Under the pieces are notes generated by a model, which saw only the letters and a list, made by a program, of their open reading frames with translations, did no database searches and was not told the DNA's origin. From an uncultured Alphaproteobacteria bacterium (GTDB lineage: Bacteria > Pseudomonadota > Alphaproteobacteria > HIMB59 > GCA-002718135), in the NCBI GenBank assembly GCA_902595805.1, contig CACJRM010000002.1:8759-72758 (forward strand): a stretch of 64,000 nt of DNA, read 5' to 3'. Position 1 is the stretch's first letter. Every line of letters starts with the position of its first letter. A program made the translations under genes and the position numbers. Positions 47,289 through 56,517 of the stretch are shown here, in pieces.

Positions 47289-48368
47289 ATGTATTATTTT
47301 GTTATGGTAAAGATATTATTAAATGAAAATGTAAAGAAATTAAAAGAAAAATCTAAAGCCAAAAATACACAAGATAAATATCAGGGAGATTGGCTTAAAT
47401 TTATCGATTATTGTAAAAATAAGCATAATTGTAGTCCTTTAGAGGTTGATGATTTAGAAAGCGCTTATGCATTAACTTGTAATTACTTAGATTGGCTCCA
47501 TGAAGATCCAGAAGCGAAAATATTGAAGGGAACAAGCAACATTCCTGGTAGAGAAAAAATTAATAATAACCCCTACTCGTCATCTGCTTATAAAGCATCT
47601 ACAATTCAAAGAATTTTAGCATCAATAACATATAAATATAGGATAAACGGTTTTCAATTTGACAGAAAAAACAATAATATTTCTGAAACTATTGGAGCAA
47701 TAGTTAGAAACGAAAAAAATAATAAATCGGGTCAAGCTAAAGAGTTATTAAGAAAAGATATTGAGCAAATTATCAATTCAATTCCAGATGATACTGATGA
47801 TTATAAAAATATTAGAGATAAAGCTCTTATATTAGTTGGGTATTTTAGTTTTTGTAGAAGATCAGAATTACTGGGAATGAGATATGAACATTTAACTTAT
47901 GATAATGGTGGAATTCAAATTTTAATACCATTTTCAAAAACTGACCAAAAATGTGAAGGTAGAATAATATATTTGCAAAAAAGAGATGATAGTGAATTAT
48001 ATTGTCCAATTAGAGCTCTTAACAAATGGTTAGAGGTATCTATGATAAACTCTGGCCCCCTCTTTTACAGAATTGACAAAGCAAATTCTATTATAAAATA
48101 TGAATTAAATGACAATAATAAAAAAATTAGTTTAACAGATACAAGTTTTGTTTTAATTTTAAAAAAAAGAGCCCGTCTAGCCGGACTAAATGATTGTGAT
48201 AAAATATCAGGTCACAGTCTGAGAATAGGTGCAATTACACAAGCAAGAATGAATGGTGCATTAACTCACGAAATTATGAAAATGAGTGGGCACAAGACAG
48301 AACAGATGATCAATAGATACACTAAAATTACTGACATCAAATCAATAAGTGTTGGAAAGAAAATTTAA
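47289..48368 (+). CDS. tyrosine recombinase / phage-type integrase (2 of 2)
   Basis: RRSELLGMRYEHL, GHSLRIGAIT and HKTEQMINRYT. Clearly paralogous to the upstream gene (KYxGDWxKF, IRDKALILxGxxSxCRRSE). Confidence 0.85.
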   Translation: MYYFVMVKILLNENVKKLKEKSKAKNTQDKYQGDWLKFIDYCKNKHNCSPLEVDDLESAYALTCNYLDWLHEDPEAKILKGTSNIPGREKINNNPYSSSAYKASTIQRILASITYKYRINGFQFDRKNNNISETIGAIVRNEKNNKSGQAKELLRKDIEQIINSIPDDTDDYKNIRDKALILVGYFSFCRRSELLGMRYEHLTYDNGGIQILIPFSKTDQKCEGRIIYLQKRDDSELYCPIRALNKWLEVSMINSGPLFYRIDKANSIIKYELNDNNKKISLTDTSFVLILKKRARLAGLNDCDKISGHSLRIGAITQARMNGALTHEIMKMSGHKTEQMINRYTKITDIKSISVGKKI

Positions 48369-48378
48369 TTATTTGAAT

Positions 48379-48804
48379 TTAATAAAATGCAATTGCTGCT
48401 GCAATTAAAACTATTACTAACAGCCCTCTTCCACTCATTGTAGCTATTTTCATTATAGATTTGTTAGGTGGTAAATTATTTTTAGAGCAATTAAAAACGT
48501 GAAAATTTACATAAGCAGATAGGCCTAAAAGAAAACCTGCAGCAATTAATTTGATTGTAAATGCACTATTAATAATAAAGCCTCCATATAAATTAATTGA
48601 AAGAATAATTCCTGATATCCATAAGATAATAAGAGATATCAAACCTATGTAACCAAGTAATTTTAATATCTTTGCTGTATTTAAATCAGGAATTTGATTT
48701 GCCTTAGCATAAACAGACTGTATTACTCCACCACCAACCAAAACACCGCCTGAAAAAACTATTGCAAGGTAATGTATGAACTTTAGTATAATTATTATTG
48801 TCAT
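48379..48804 (-). CDS. hypothetical membrane protein (4 TM)
   Basis: Hydrophobic profile only. Confidence 0.5.
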   Translation of the reverse strand: MTIIIILKFIHYLAIVFSGGVLVGGGVIQSVYAKANQIPDLNTAKILKLLGYIGLISLIILWISGIILSINLYGGFIINSAFTIKLIAAGFLLGLSAYVNFHVFNCSKNNLPPNKSIMKIATMSGRGLLVIVLIAAAIAFY

Positions 48805-48850
48805 TAGAATTTAATATTAAATTATTATTTTTATAGTATTATGATTATGT

Positions 48851-49390
48851 ATGAAAATAAAAAAAGGAGATAAATTAGAAGAAATTACCCTACCTCGACA
48901 TGATGGTAATCAATTTAATTTATCAGATACTAAAGGAAAAAAAGTTTTATTAACTTTTTATAGAGTTGCTGGATGCACTTTTTGTAACTTAAGACTACTT
49001 GAGTTTAATAAAAGATTTAATGAATTTGGTCCAAATTTCACCCATGTAGGAATTTTTCATTCAAATGTAAATCTTTTGAAATCAAATATGAAAAAACACG
49101 GCCCTATTCCATTTACTGTCTTGGCTGATGAAGAATTTAAATATTTTGATAAATACTCAATAGAGCGTAGTTGGTTTAAGCTATTTTTAGCAGGTATTTA
49201 TAAAACATTTGCAATCTTTCCAGCCTTAATAAGAGGATTCATGCCTATTCCTCTTGGAGGATATTTTAACACTGTAGTAACAGATATAATGATTAATGAA
49301 GAAGGTATCGTAGAAGAAGTTTTATATGCAAAAAAACATGCCGCAGATCATTTTGCATTTCATAAAGTAAAAGAATTTTCTTTAAGTTGA
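48851..49390 (+). CDS. peroxiredoxin-like / AhpC-TSA family redoxin
   Basis: KKVLLTFYRVAGCTFCNLRL fits the thioredoxin-fold CxxC-type region of peroxiredoxin-like proteins. Confidence 0.6.
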   Translation: MKIKKGDKLEEITLPRHDGNQFNLSDTKGKKVLLTFYRVAGCTFCNLRLLEFNKRFNEFGPNFTHVGIFHSNVNLLKSNMKKHGPIPFTVLADEEFKYFDKYSIERSWFKLFLAGIYKTFAIFPALIRGFMPIPLGGYFNTVVTDIMINEEGIVEEVLYAKKHAADHFAFHKVKEFSLS

Positions 49391-49392
49391 TA

Positions 49393-49418
49393 AAAGCTGG
49401 GAATTGAACCCCAGCTTT
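49393..49418. terminator. bidirectional terminator hairpin between convergent genes
   Basis: Perfect 9-bp stem AAAGCTGGG / CCCAGCTTT with an 8-nt loop, between the stops at 49390 (+) and 49422 (-). Confidence 0.55.
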
Positions 49419-49421
49419 ATG

Positions 49422-49832
49422 TTACATATAAATTATATCTGACATATTATATATAAGATATATTGATATAAATAAAAATAGATGTCCTATTACCTCATCA
49501 GCAACATCACTTTTTGCATCCGGGTCTATAAATTTTAATCTTTGGGCCCAACTTAAAATAACTTGAGCAAAAGAAAGTAAAAATCCGTTTACAAAAAATA
49601 TCCAGCAAGATTGTGGTCCGTTTTCTCTAAATAATATCCAAATTCCAATTATTACTATTGGCACAATAAATGTTCCTATGATTCTTACAATTGGCAAAGC
49701 CTTTTCTCCTAAATCATATCTTGTAACAAGTGAATTTGGTGAAAATACAGTTAGGAAACCATAGTAAGATATACCTAATAAATTAATTAAAAATAAAATT
49801 AGATTTAAAGTACTTCCAAAATTTTCAACCAT
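49422..49832 (-). CDS. hypothetical membrane protein (tandem paralogue A)
   Basis: 4 TM. N-terminus MVENFGSTLNLILFLINL resembles the neighbouring gene. Confidence 0.5.
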   Translation of the reverse strand: MVENFGSTLNLILFLINLLGISYYGFLTVFSPNSLVTRYDLGEKALPIVRIIGTFIVPIVIIGIWILFRENGPQSCWIFFVNGFLLSFAQVILSWAQRLKFIDPDAKSDVADEVIGHLFLFISIYLIYNMSDIIYM

Positions 49833-49852
49833 AATTACTCCTTTTAAAATTA

Positions 49853-50269
49853 TTATAGATAAATTTTATCAGATAAACCATAAATTATAATTAAGTTTAG
49901 TACTAGAACAACTGCTGATACAATTGGCTGTTCTATTGTCGAATTAACCTTATCCCTTCCAAAAAGGAAAGCTATTTTAAAATGAAAACAAAAGTTGTAG
50001 ACAGTTGCCATTGCAAAGACAATAACATTAATTATAAAGAAAGGCCAAGTACCTTCGGGTCCAGTAAATAAAATATAAAGCCCAACAAAGAAAAAAGCAG
50101 TAACCCAAAAAATTCCAAAATTCGCTGCAGGTGCAGCACTTGAATCAGTGTTATATTTTGCGAATTCTTTTTCTTTATTAAATAAAAATGTAAATGAATA
50201 ATAACCAGCTAATGCAATGTTAATTATATATAAAATCAAATAAAAAATACTATTAAAATTTTCAACCAT
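49853..50269 (-). CDS. hypothetical membrane protein (tandem paralogue B)
   Basis: 4 TM. N-terminus MVENFNSIFYLILYIINI. The C-termini are also similar (SDKIYL versus SDIIYM). Confidence 0.5.
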   Translation of the reverse strand: MVENFNSIFYLILYIINIALAGYYSFTFLFNKEKEFAKYNTDSSAAPAANFGIFWVTAFFFVGLYILFTGPEGTWPFFIINVIVFAMATVYNFCFHFKIAFLFGRDKVNSTIEQPIVSAVVLVLNLIIIYGLSDKIYL

Positions 50270-50370
50270 AAATACTCCTAAACTTATAATATAATATTTT
50301 ATCTAGATTCTCTGACTCAAGTTGACACATTTTAGTAGAAATAATATCTAAAATTAGTTAAAAAATATTT

Positions 50371-52200
50371 ATGAATTCTGATAGAAAATTAGCCACTATT
50401 CTTGCTACTGATTGTGTCAACTTTAGTAAACATATGGAAGAAAACGAAGAAAAAACTCTTCGAAATTTAAATGAATGTCGCAAAATAATAGATGCTAAAA
50501 TCACAGAATTTGGAGGAAGAATATTTAAAACTGAGGGTGATAGTGTTGTATGTGAGTTTGCTTCACCTGTAAATTGCTTAAAAGCAGCAATAGAATTTCA
50601 AAATGAAATTTATAAAAGAAATGATCATTCTATTACAGAATTAAAATTAGAATGGCGAGTTGGAATACATGTAGATGATGTAATAGTTGAAGGTGATAAT
50701 ATAATGGGTTCAGGAGTTAATGTATCAGCTAGACTAGAAAGCGAATGTGAACCAGGAGGCATTTTAATTTCTACTATTGTTAAGGATCAAGTTAATAAAA
50801 GGTTAGATGCTAAAATTGAAAGTGATGGGACGAGAAATTTAAAAAATATAAGTGAAAATTTTGAAGTTTATAAAATTTCTAATTTACTTATTCATGAAGA
50901 TGATTTTTTAAAAGAAGAAGAAAAACCAACAAACGATAACAATAAAGAACCAATAGCTCAAACTAAAATGATTAAAGCAAAAAAAATTAAACTAGCAATT
51001 CTTCCTTTTGAAAATTTAAGTAAAGATGAAGATTCAGAATTTTTGGTAGAAGGAGTATTTAGAGATTTAATACAAGAATTTTCAAGAATGCAAGAATTTG
51101 AAATCCTTTCACATCAAACATCTATGGATTTTAAAAAAAGTGATGAAGATGCACTTGGATTTGCTAAGAAGCATTTCGTTGATTATTTAATTGGTGGTAA
51201 TATTCGTTCTGCTGGCAAAAGAATAAGAGTTAGTGTTGACTTAACTGATGCTAGTGATGGTGCGAATTTATGGGGTGAAAAATACGATAGAGTAATAGAA
51301 GATATTTTTGATCTACAAGATGAAATCGTAATGAAAATGTCTCGACAATTACTAGGTAATATTGAAATAAGTAGCTTACAACGGATTAAAAGAAAACCAT
51401 CAGAAAATTTAAATTCATATGAATGGTTAATAAAAGGAACTTATCATCATGTTCGATCTGGAAAGGAAAATAATCTAAAAGCTATTGAAGCACTTGATAA
51501 AGCAATTGAAACTGATGAAACAAATGCAAGAGCTCATGCCTTAAAAGCTTGTACTATTGGTGGTGGATACGGCAAAGGTTATTATGAAGATCCAGATAAA
51601 ATGATGAGTATGGGTCTTGAGCACGTCAAGAAAAGTCTTGAGGCTGATGAAAATGATTTTGAAGTATTGAGAATTTCATCTGCTATAGCTCATGGTAATA
51701 AAGATTTTAATAAATCGATTGAACATGCAAAAAAAGGACATTCAATTAATCCTAATGACCCAAGAATTTTAGATAGGTATGGTACTTGCCTAGTAAAACT
51801 TGATAATGTTGATGAAGGTTTAAAACATCTACATAAAGCATTAGAACTTGATCCAATTCCTCAAGGTGCTGCTACATCATGTTCGCGCTATGACGCATTA
51901 ACAATAGGTTATTTTTGTAAAGAAGATTTTGAAAAATGCATCTCTTGGGGAGAAAAAATACAATACATGGGCGCTTCAACTTGGTTAACGATTTTATATG
52001 CTATTTCTAAAAATGAAGATATCAGTAAAGTTAAAGAACATAACATTTACAAAAAATATGAAAATGATTTTAAAGAAACAAATTGGGAAAAAACTATACA
52101 TAATATGCATTTTAGACCTGAAGATACAAAACATATTAATCTTTTAGAATTTTCTAATAAAATATTTCCTAATATAAAAATTGTAGAAAAAACTGCTTAA
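50371..52200 (+). CDS. class III adenylate/guanylate cyclase fused to a TolB-N-like region and TPR repeats
   Basis: ATILATDCVNFSKHM, FKTEGDSVVCEF and RVGIHVDDVIVEGDNIMGSGVNVSARLES, followed by LAILPFENLS...GGNIR and TPR-like helices. Confidence 0.85.
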   Translation: MNSDRKLATILATDCVNFSKHMEENEEKTLRNLNECRKIIDAKITEFGGRIFKTEGDSVVCEFASPVNCLKAAIEFQNEIYKRNDHSITELKLEWRVGIHVDDVIVEGDNIMGSGVNVSARLESECEPGGILISTIVKDQVNKRLDAKIESDGTRNLKNISENFEVYKISNLLIHEDDFLKEEEKPTNDNNKEPIAQTKMIKAKKIKLAILPFENLSKDEDSEFLVEGVFRDLIQEFSRMQEFEILSHQTSMDFKKSDEDALGFAKKHFVDYLIGGNIRSAGKRIRVSVDLTDASDGANLWGEKYDRVIEDIFDLQDEIVMKMSRQLLGNIEISSLQRIKRKPSENLNSYEWLIKGTYHHVRSGKENNLKAIEALDKAIETDETNARAHALKACTIGGGYGKGYYEDPDKMMSMGLEHVKKSLEADENDFEVLRISSAIAHGNKDFNKSIEHAKKGHSINPNDPRILDRYGTCLVKLDNVDEGLKHLHKALELDPIPQGAATSCSRYDALTIGYFCKEDFEKCISWGEKIQYMGASTWLTILYAISKNEDISKVKEHNIYKKYENDFKETNWEKTIHNMHFRPEDTKHINLLEFSNKIFPNIKIVEKTA

Positions 52201-52940
52201 TCCTTTTTTCTTTTTCTCTCCGTAAAAGCGCTAGCTAATATACCTGCTGGTAAAGCAACCGCTCCAATTCCAAATAAAGCTGTGCAGACTGCAGCAAACC
52301 TTCCTAAAAATGTAATTGGTGTATAATCACCATAACCAGTTGACAATAAAGCAGCAGAACTAACCCAAAGAGATCTTGGGATCGAACCAAAAGCTTCTGG
52401 TTGCAAATCCCCTTCTACAACATAAAGTAACGTTGCAGATAATAACATTAAACTTAAAGTAATCAAAAGTGAGAATATTAATTCATGCCTTCTTTCATAT
52501 ATCGCATGAAGTATAAAATCTACTGACTCACTAAAACGTCCAAAACGAAGTATGCTAAAAATCCTTATAGCTCTTAACAAACGTACTAAGAAACCTTCAT
52601 TAATACCAATTAAAAATAATGGAATAAGTGCAATTGCATCAATTAGAGCAGGTACAGTAAAAATATACTTTATCTTGCCATTTAAACCTTTAAATTTATC
52701 AATTTGATCTACGGCAATTAATCTGCAAATATACTCAATTAAAAATACTATACCAAAAAAAAGTTTTGCTGAGTCAAAGAGTTGATTATATTGCTCATAA
52801 ATCAATTTTTCTGACTCAATAACAACAAAAACACAGTTTAATATAATAAGAAAGAATATAATTTTTTCAATAAGTGTAAAATCCTTCTCTTCAAGACCAA
52901 AATGTAAGTGTTCGAATAAATACTTTGAAAATGAATTCAT
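52197..52940 (-). CDS. voltage-gated-type (6TM) potassium channel
   Basis: S4 LRLLRAIRIFSILRFGR and K+ selectivity filter STGYGDYTP. Confidence 0.85.
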   Translation of the reverse strand: MNSFSKYLFEHLHFGLEEKDFTLIEKIIFFLIILNCVFVVIESEKLIYEQYNQLFDSAKLFFGIVFLIEYICRLIAVDQIDKFKGLNGKIKYIFTVPALIDAIALIPLFLIGINEGFLVRLLRAIRIFSILRFGRFSESVDFILHAIYERRHELIFSLLITLSLMLLSATLLYVVEGDLQPEAFGSIPRSLWVSSAALLSTGYGDYTPITFLGRFAAVCTALFGIGAVALPAGILASAFTERKRKKD

Positions 52941-52974
52941 TTTTATATAAATTCTTTATAGCAAAAATTACGAA

Positions 52975-54645
52975 ATGAAAATTAACATTTTTTACCTACT
53001 GTCTAAGATTAGTATAATTTTAATAAGCTTATTATGTATTTTATCTATTCTGTTATTTTATAATAATTTAGTTACTTTAAATTCTTTATATTTACTCATT
53101 TCTATATTCATTATTGGTTCTGTAATACGGCTGAACAAATTAAAGAAATTTACACGAGTATTATTTACTATCATTATACTACCCATTTTATCTTATCTAA
53201 TGGTAAATTTTTCCTATGATATAGTTATTCAAAAGGAATTTTTTTTAATTAATGAAACTATAAGTAAACTTACAGATAAAATCTTACTAATAACTTTGTA
53301 TTTTATTCCATCAATATTCATAATGTTGTTTTATAAATACGAAATATTATCACTAAATGATAAATCAGGAACAACAATACCTGAGATAATAACATTTCTA
53401 TTTCAGTTTTTATTATTTGCGATACCTGCATTTTTAGTTTTATCCTTTGTTTTTAATTTCGAACTTACAAGTATACTTGCTGCAGGTGGTATAGTTTTTG
53501 CTGCAATTGCCCTTTCTCTACAATCAAGCTTATCGGATTTAATTAAAGGAATTTTTGTAAATATTGAGAGACCATTTGCAATAAATGATTGGATTACTGT
53601 TGATGACAAAACAGGTTATGTAGAAAATATTACTTGGAGAAGTACAAGAATAAGAACATTTCAGAATACTGAAGTAATAATTCCTAATGAAATAGTTGCA
53701 GATTCAATTTTAACTAATTGGAGCAAGCAAGATAAAGAAAAAATGAGTGAGGGATTCCATATTTTTAATAAATTATATTTTCACCCATCTCATGACCCAG
53801 AAAATATTTCAAAATTGCTTTATAATGCTCTTAAAAAAGCAAAACCTGTTGATGGTAGAGAGCAATTAAATTTACAGTGGGTTCGTTTTATTGGCGCTAA
53901 TGAGTTTGGATTAGAATTTGTTGTTGCTTTTGATTGCACAAAAAGAATTTTAAAAAATTCGATGCAAGATAGTGTTATGATGGAAATTCATAAAACTTTA
54001 AGACATGCAGGTGTTCAAATGTCTGCGGGAAAACTTTATGGAAAACTTGAAGAAGATACAGGACTGCATGCTCTAGATATACACAGAAGTCGAGAAGATT
54101 TTGAAAAAAGCCAGGTTAGTGAATTTAATCCTTATAACGAGTCAGTAAAAAATAGGGTACTACTACAAAAAATTCCTATTTTTATGTCTTTAAATTCTGA
54201 AGATTTAGATGAAATTGCTGAAAATGCAGAAAGACTCCATTTTGAAAAAGACGATTACATTATTAAACAAAATGATTCTGGAGAATCTCTTTACGTTATA
54301 AATGACGGAGTAGTATCTGTTTACTTAGATAATGAAAATAAAGATAAAGTATTTTTAGCCAAACTTGGTGTTGGAGACTTTGTTGGTGAAGGAAGTCTTC
54401 TTACTGGCGAACCAAGATCTGCTAATGTAATAGCAGAAACTCCTTGTATAGTAATAAAAGTTAGCAAAGATATTATAAAAGATATATTTTCTAAAAATCC
54501 TAATGTGTATGATTATGTTGCAAATATTTTAGCACAAAGAAAGTTAAAACTAGATAAGAAAAAAAATGAAAGTCAACTAACTAAAGATGAAAATAAAAAT
54601 CTTGTTAATGATATTAAGAATGCAATAATAAATTTTTTAAAATAA
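52975..54645 (+). CDS. MscS-family mechanosensitive channel with C-terminal cyclic-nucleotide-binding domain (bCNG-type)
   Basis: Multi-TM N-terminus. MscS core LSDLIKGIFVNIERPFAINDWITVDDKTGYVENITWRSTRIRTFQN. cNMP-binding GDFVGEGSLLTGEPRSANVIAET. Confidence 0.85.
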   Translation: MKINIFYLLSKISIILISLLCILSILLFYNNLVTLNSLYLLISIFIIGSVIRLNKLKKFTRVLFTIIILPILSYLMVNFSYDIVIQKEFFLINETISKLTDKILLITLYFIPSIFIMLFYKYEILSLNDKSGTTIPEIITFLFQFLLFAIPAFLVLSFVFNFELTSILAAGGIVFAAIALSLQSSLSDLIKGIFVNIERPFAINDWITVDDKTGYVENITWRSTRIRTFQNTEVIIPNEIVADSILTNWSKQDKEKMSEGFHIFNKLYFHPSHDPENISKLLYNALKKAKPVDGREQLNLQWVRFIGANEFGLEFVVAFDCTKRILKNSMQDSVMMEIHKTLRHAGVQMSAGKLYGKLEEDTGLHALDIHRSREDFEKSQVSEFNPYNESVKNRVLLQKIPIFMSLNSEDLDEIAENAERLHFEKDDYIIKQNDSGESLYVINDGVVSVYLDNENKDKVFLAKLGVGDFVGEGSLLTGEPRSANVIAETPCIVIKVSKDIIKDIFSKNPNVYDYVANILAQRKLKLDKKKNESQLTKDENKNLVNDIKNAIINFLK

Positions 54646-54656
54646 AATAATCTCCC

Positions 54657-55943
54657 CTATTCATCTTCAATTTCTTTACTAAAATCTTCTTGTAGTTTTT
54701 TTAATTCTTTCATTGCAGCTTTCATATCGGAACTATCAAATATTTGAATATCCACGTGCTTACCTTTTTTCGAATATGATTTTTTTGCTTTACTATTACT
54801 TTTATTTTTAAAACTAATTACCTTGTAAGTTTTAACAGGTCTCACAAAACCCTTAGGTGTTATTTCTTTGTACTCCTCACAATTTATTTGATTTTTAACT
54901 AAATTATATGTCAAATCAGAGATTATAATTTCATTTTCAGGAGCAATAGATTGTAATCTAGATGCTAGATTTACAGAAGAACCAACAGCTGTATAATTAC
55001 TCATTACACTAGATCCAAAATCTCCAACATTTGCAAAACCAGAAGAGATGCCATACCTTACCTTCAATCCATCTTTAACACCCTGTCTAATCCAGAAAGA
55101 TTGCAGTTCATTAACTCGTTCTTTCATTTCTAATGCCATGCTAATACAATTAATAGCATCATTTTCATCTCCTAGTGTTTCAGGTGCACCGTGAAAAGAA
55201 AGTATTGCATCACCTATAAATTTATCAATCGTAGCATTTGAATTTATTGCAATTAAACTCATCTCACTAAGATAATTATTTAGAATAAGTGCAAGTTTTT
55301 CAGCTTCTAATGAATCAGATAAATCAGTAAAATTGACAATATCGGAGAAAAATATTGTTAAATTTTTCCTTACATAATTTTCTTTTGTTTTTTTACCTGA
55401 CTCTTCTTCATCAAAAATAGACTTATATACTTGGGGAGAAAGATATTTTGATAGCCTATTAGCAATATTTTCTAATCTTTTAGTTTTTTCTTCAATCAAT
55501 TCTCTATCTTTTAATTTTTGATCAAGTAATTCTTCTTTTTCCCTTCTAAGATTATATTCATCTGTTCGATCGACAAATTGTCCTTGAATACCATTTAAAA
55601 AAGGGAAATCTTTGTTTTCAGTATAAGCAGAAAGTAAAGAATATACTTTAATTTCATTATCAATTTTAATTTCTATTTTAGGTATAATAACAAAACCATT
55701 TTTTTCTAAATTTTGTTGAAAATTTTTAATATATTCATCCTCAACTCCAAGCTGCTCTAAAATACTAGTAAAGGGAATATTATTTACAGTTTTAAGTATT
55801 GGAAAAAATTTTTTAAAATTTTTATTTACTCGTAGAACTTCTAAGTTTCGATTGGCAAAATATGCTGCAGTAACGGCATTAGAGAAATTAAAAAAACTTA
55901 AATCTATGATAGTTTTTTTATCAAAAAACTTATCAAGTTTCAT
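54657..55943 (-). CDS. class III adenylate/guanylate cyclase with N-terminal sensor-like domain
   Basis: LTIFFSDIVNFTDLSD, KFIGDAILSFHGAP and VRYGISSGFANVGDFGS...YTAVGSSVNLASRLQS. About 150 aa of N-terminal domain plus a coiled coil. Confidence 0.85.
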   Translation of the reverse strand: MKLDKFFDKKTIIDLSFFNFSNAVTAAYFANRNLEVLRVNKNFKKFFPILKTVNNIPFTSILEQLGVEDEYIKNFQQNLEKNGFVIIPKIEIKIDNEIKVYSLLSAYTENKDFPFLNGIQGQFVDRTDEYNLRREKEELLDQKLKDRELIEEKTKRLENIANRLSKYLSPQVYKSIFDEEESGKKTKENYVRKNLTIFFSDIVNFTDLSDSLEAEKLALILNNYLSEMSLIAINSNATIDKFIGDAILSFHGAPETLGDENDAINCISMALEMKERVNELQSFWIRQGVKDGLKVRYGISSGFANVGDFGSSVMSNYTAVGSSVNLASRLQSIAPENEIIISDLTYNLVKNQINCEEYKEITPKGFVRPVKTYKVISFKNKSNSKAKKSYSKKGKHVDIQIFDSSDMKAAMKELKKLQEDFSKEIEDE

Positions 55944-55954
55944 TTTTAATTTTA

Positions 55955-56473
55955 TTAAGGATGATGTTTAGTATTTCCGCTTACATAATCCATTATTGCT
56001 ATAACTAGACCTGATAAAATAAATATAGCATGAATATATATCATTAAGTAGATTTCCTCTGATGTTTTTGAACCAACATCAATAAAAGCTTCTAATAAAC
56101 CAATACTTGAAATAGCAACAATGGAAGCAATTAATTTTAATTTTAAACCAGAAAAGTCAACAGCTCCCATCCATGAGCGACGGTCAGGATGATTTTTTGC
56201 TACTTCTATTTTACTTATGAAATTCTCGTACGAAGCATATACGACCATAAGAACTAAGTTCCCGACTAAAGCTAAATCTACAATATGCAAAACAAATACA
56301 AGAAGTTCATTTAATGATAATTCATTTAAATGAGTGATTTCATATAAAAATAAAGCAATAACTTTATACGTAATTACTAAAAGTGTTAGACATAGAGTAA
56401 CATAAACAGGAGCTAGTGCCCATCTGCTAGAAAACATTGCTCTTTCGAGAATTCGTTCTATAAATTTACCCAT
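55955..56473 (-). CDS. YqhA-family (UPF0114) membrane protein
   Basis: FSSRWALAPVYVTL...YENFISKI...ASIVAISSI closely parallels E. coli YqhA. Confidence 0.8.
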   Translation of the reverse strand: MGKFIERILERAMFSSRWALAPVYVTLCLTLLVITYKVIALFLYEITHLNELSLNELLVFVLHIVDLALVGNLVLMVVYASYENFISKIEVAKNHPDRRSWMGAVDFSGLKLKLIASIVAISSIGLLEAFIDVGSKTSEEIYLMIYIHAIFILSGLVIAIMDYVSGNTKHHP

Positions 56474-56517
56474 AAAATTAAATTAATTTTTAAAAAAAAT
56501 TTGTCAATTAAATTATT

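Larger units (their letters stand above)
22258..48378. mobile_element. putative integrative accessory (defence) island ending in tandem tyrosine recombinase genes; boundaries approximate
   Basis: Gene content switches from metabolism and transport to orphan ORFs plus R-M/defence families. Two integrase genes lie at the right edge (46027-48368). No att repeats were identified by eye. Confidence 0.45.

Noticed and set aside
49393-49418. Possible tRNA fragment or att site. On the minus strand the hairpin reads GCTGGGGTTCAATTCCCAGC, which resembles a tRNA T-arm.
   Set aside because: The stem is 9 bp with an 8-nt loop, not 5 bp with 7 nt. No acceptor, D or anticodon arm can be built from the flanks. 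Its position between two convergent stops fits a bidirectional terminator.
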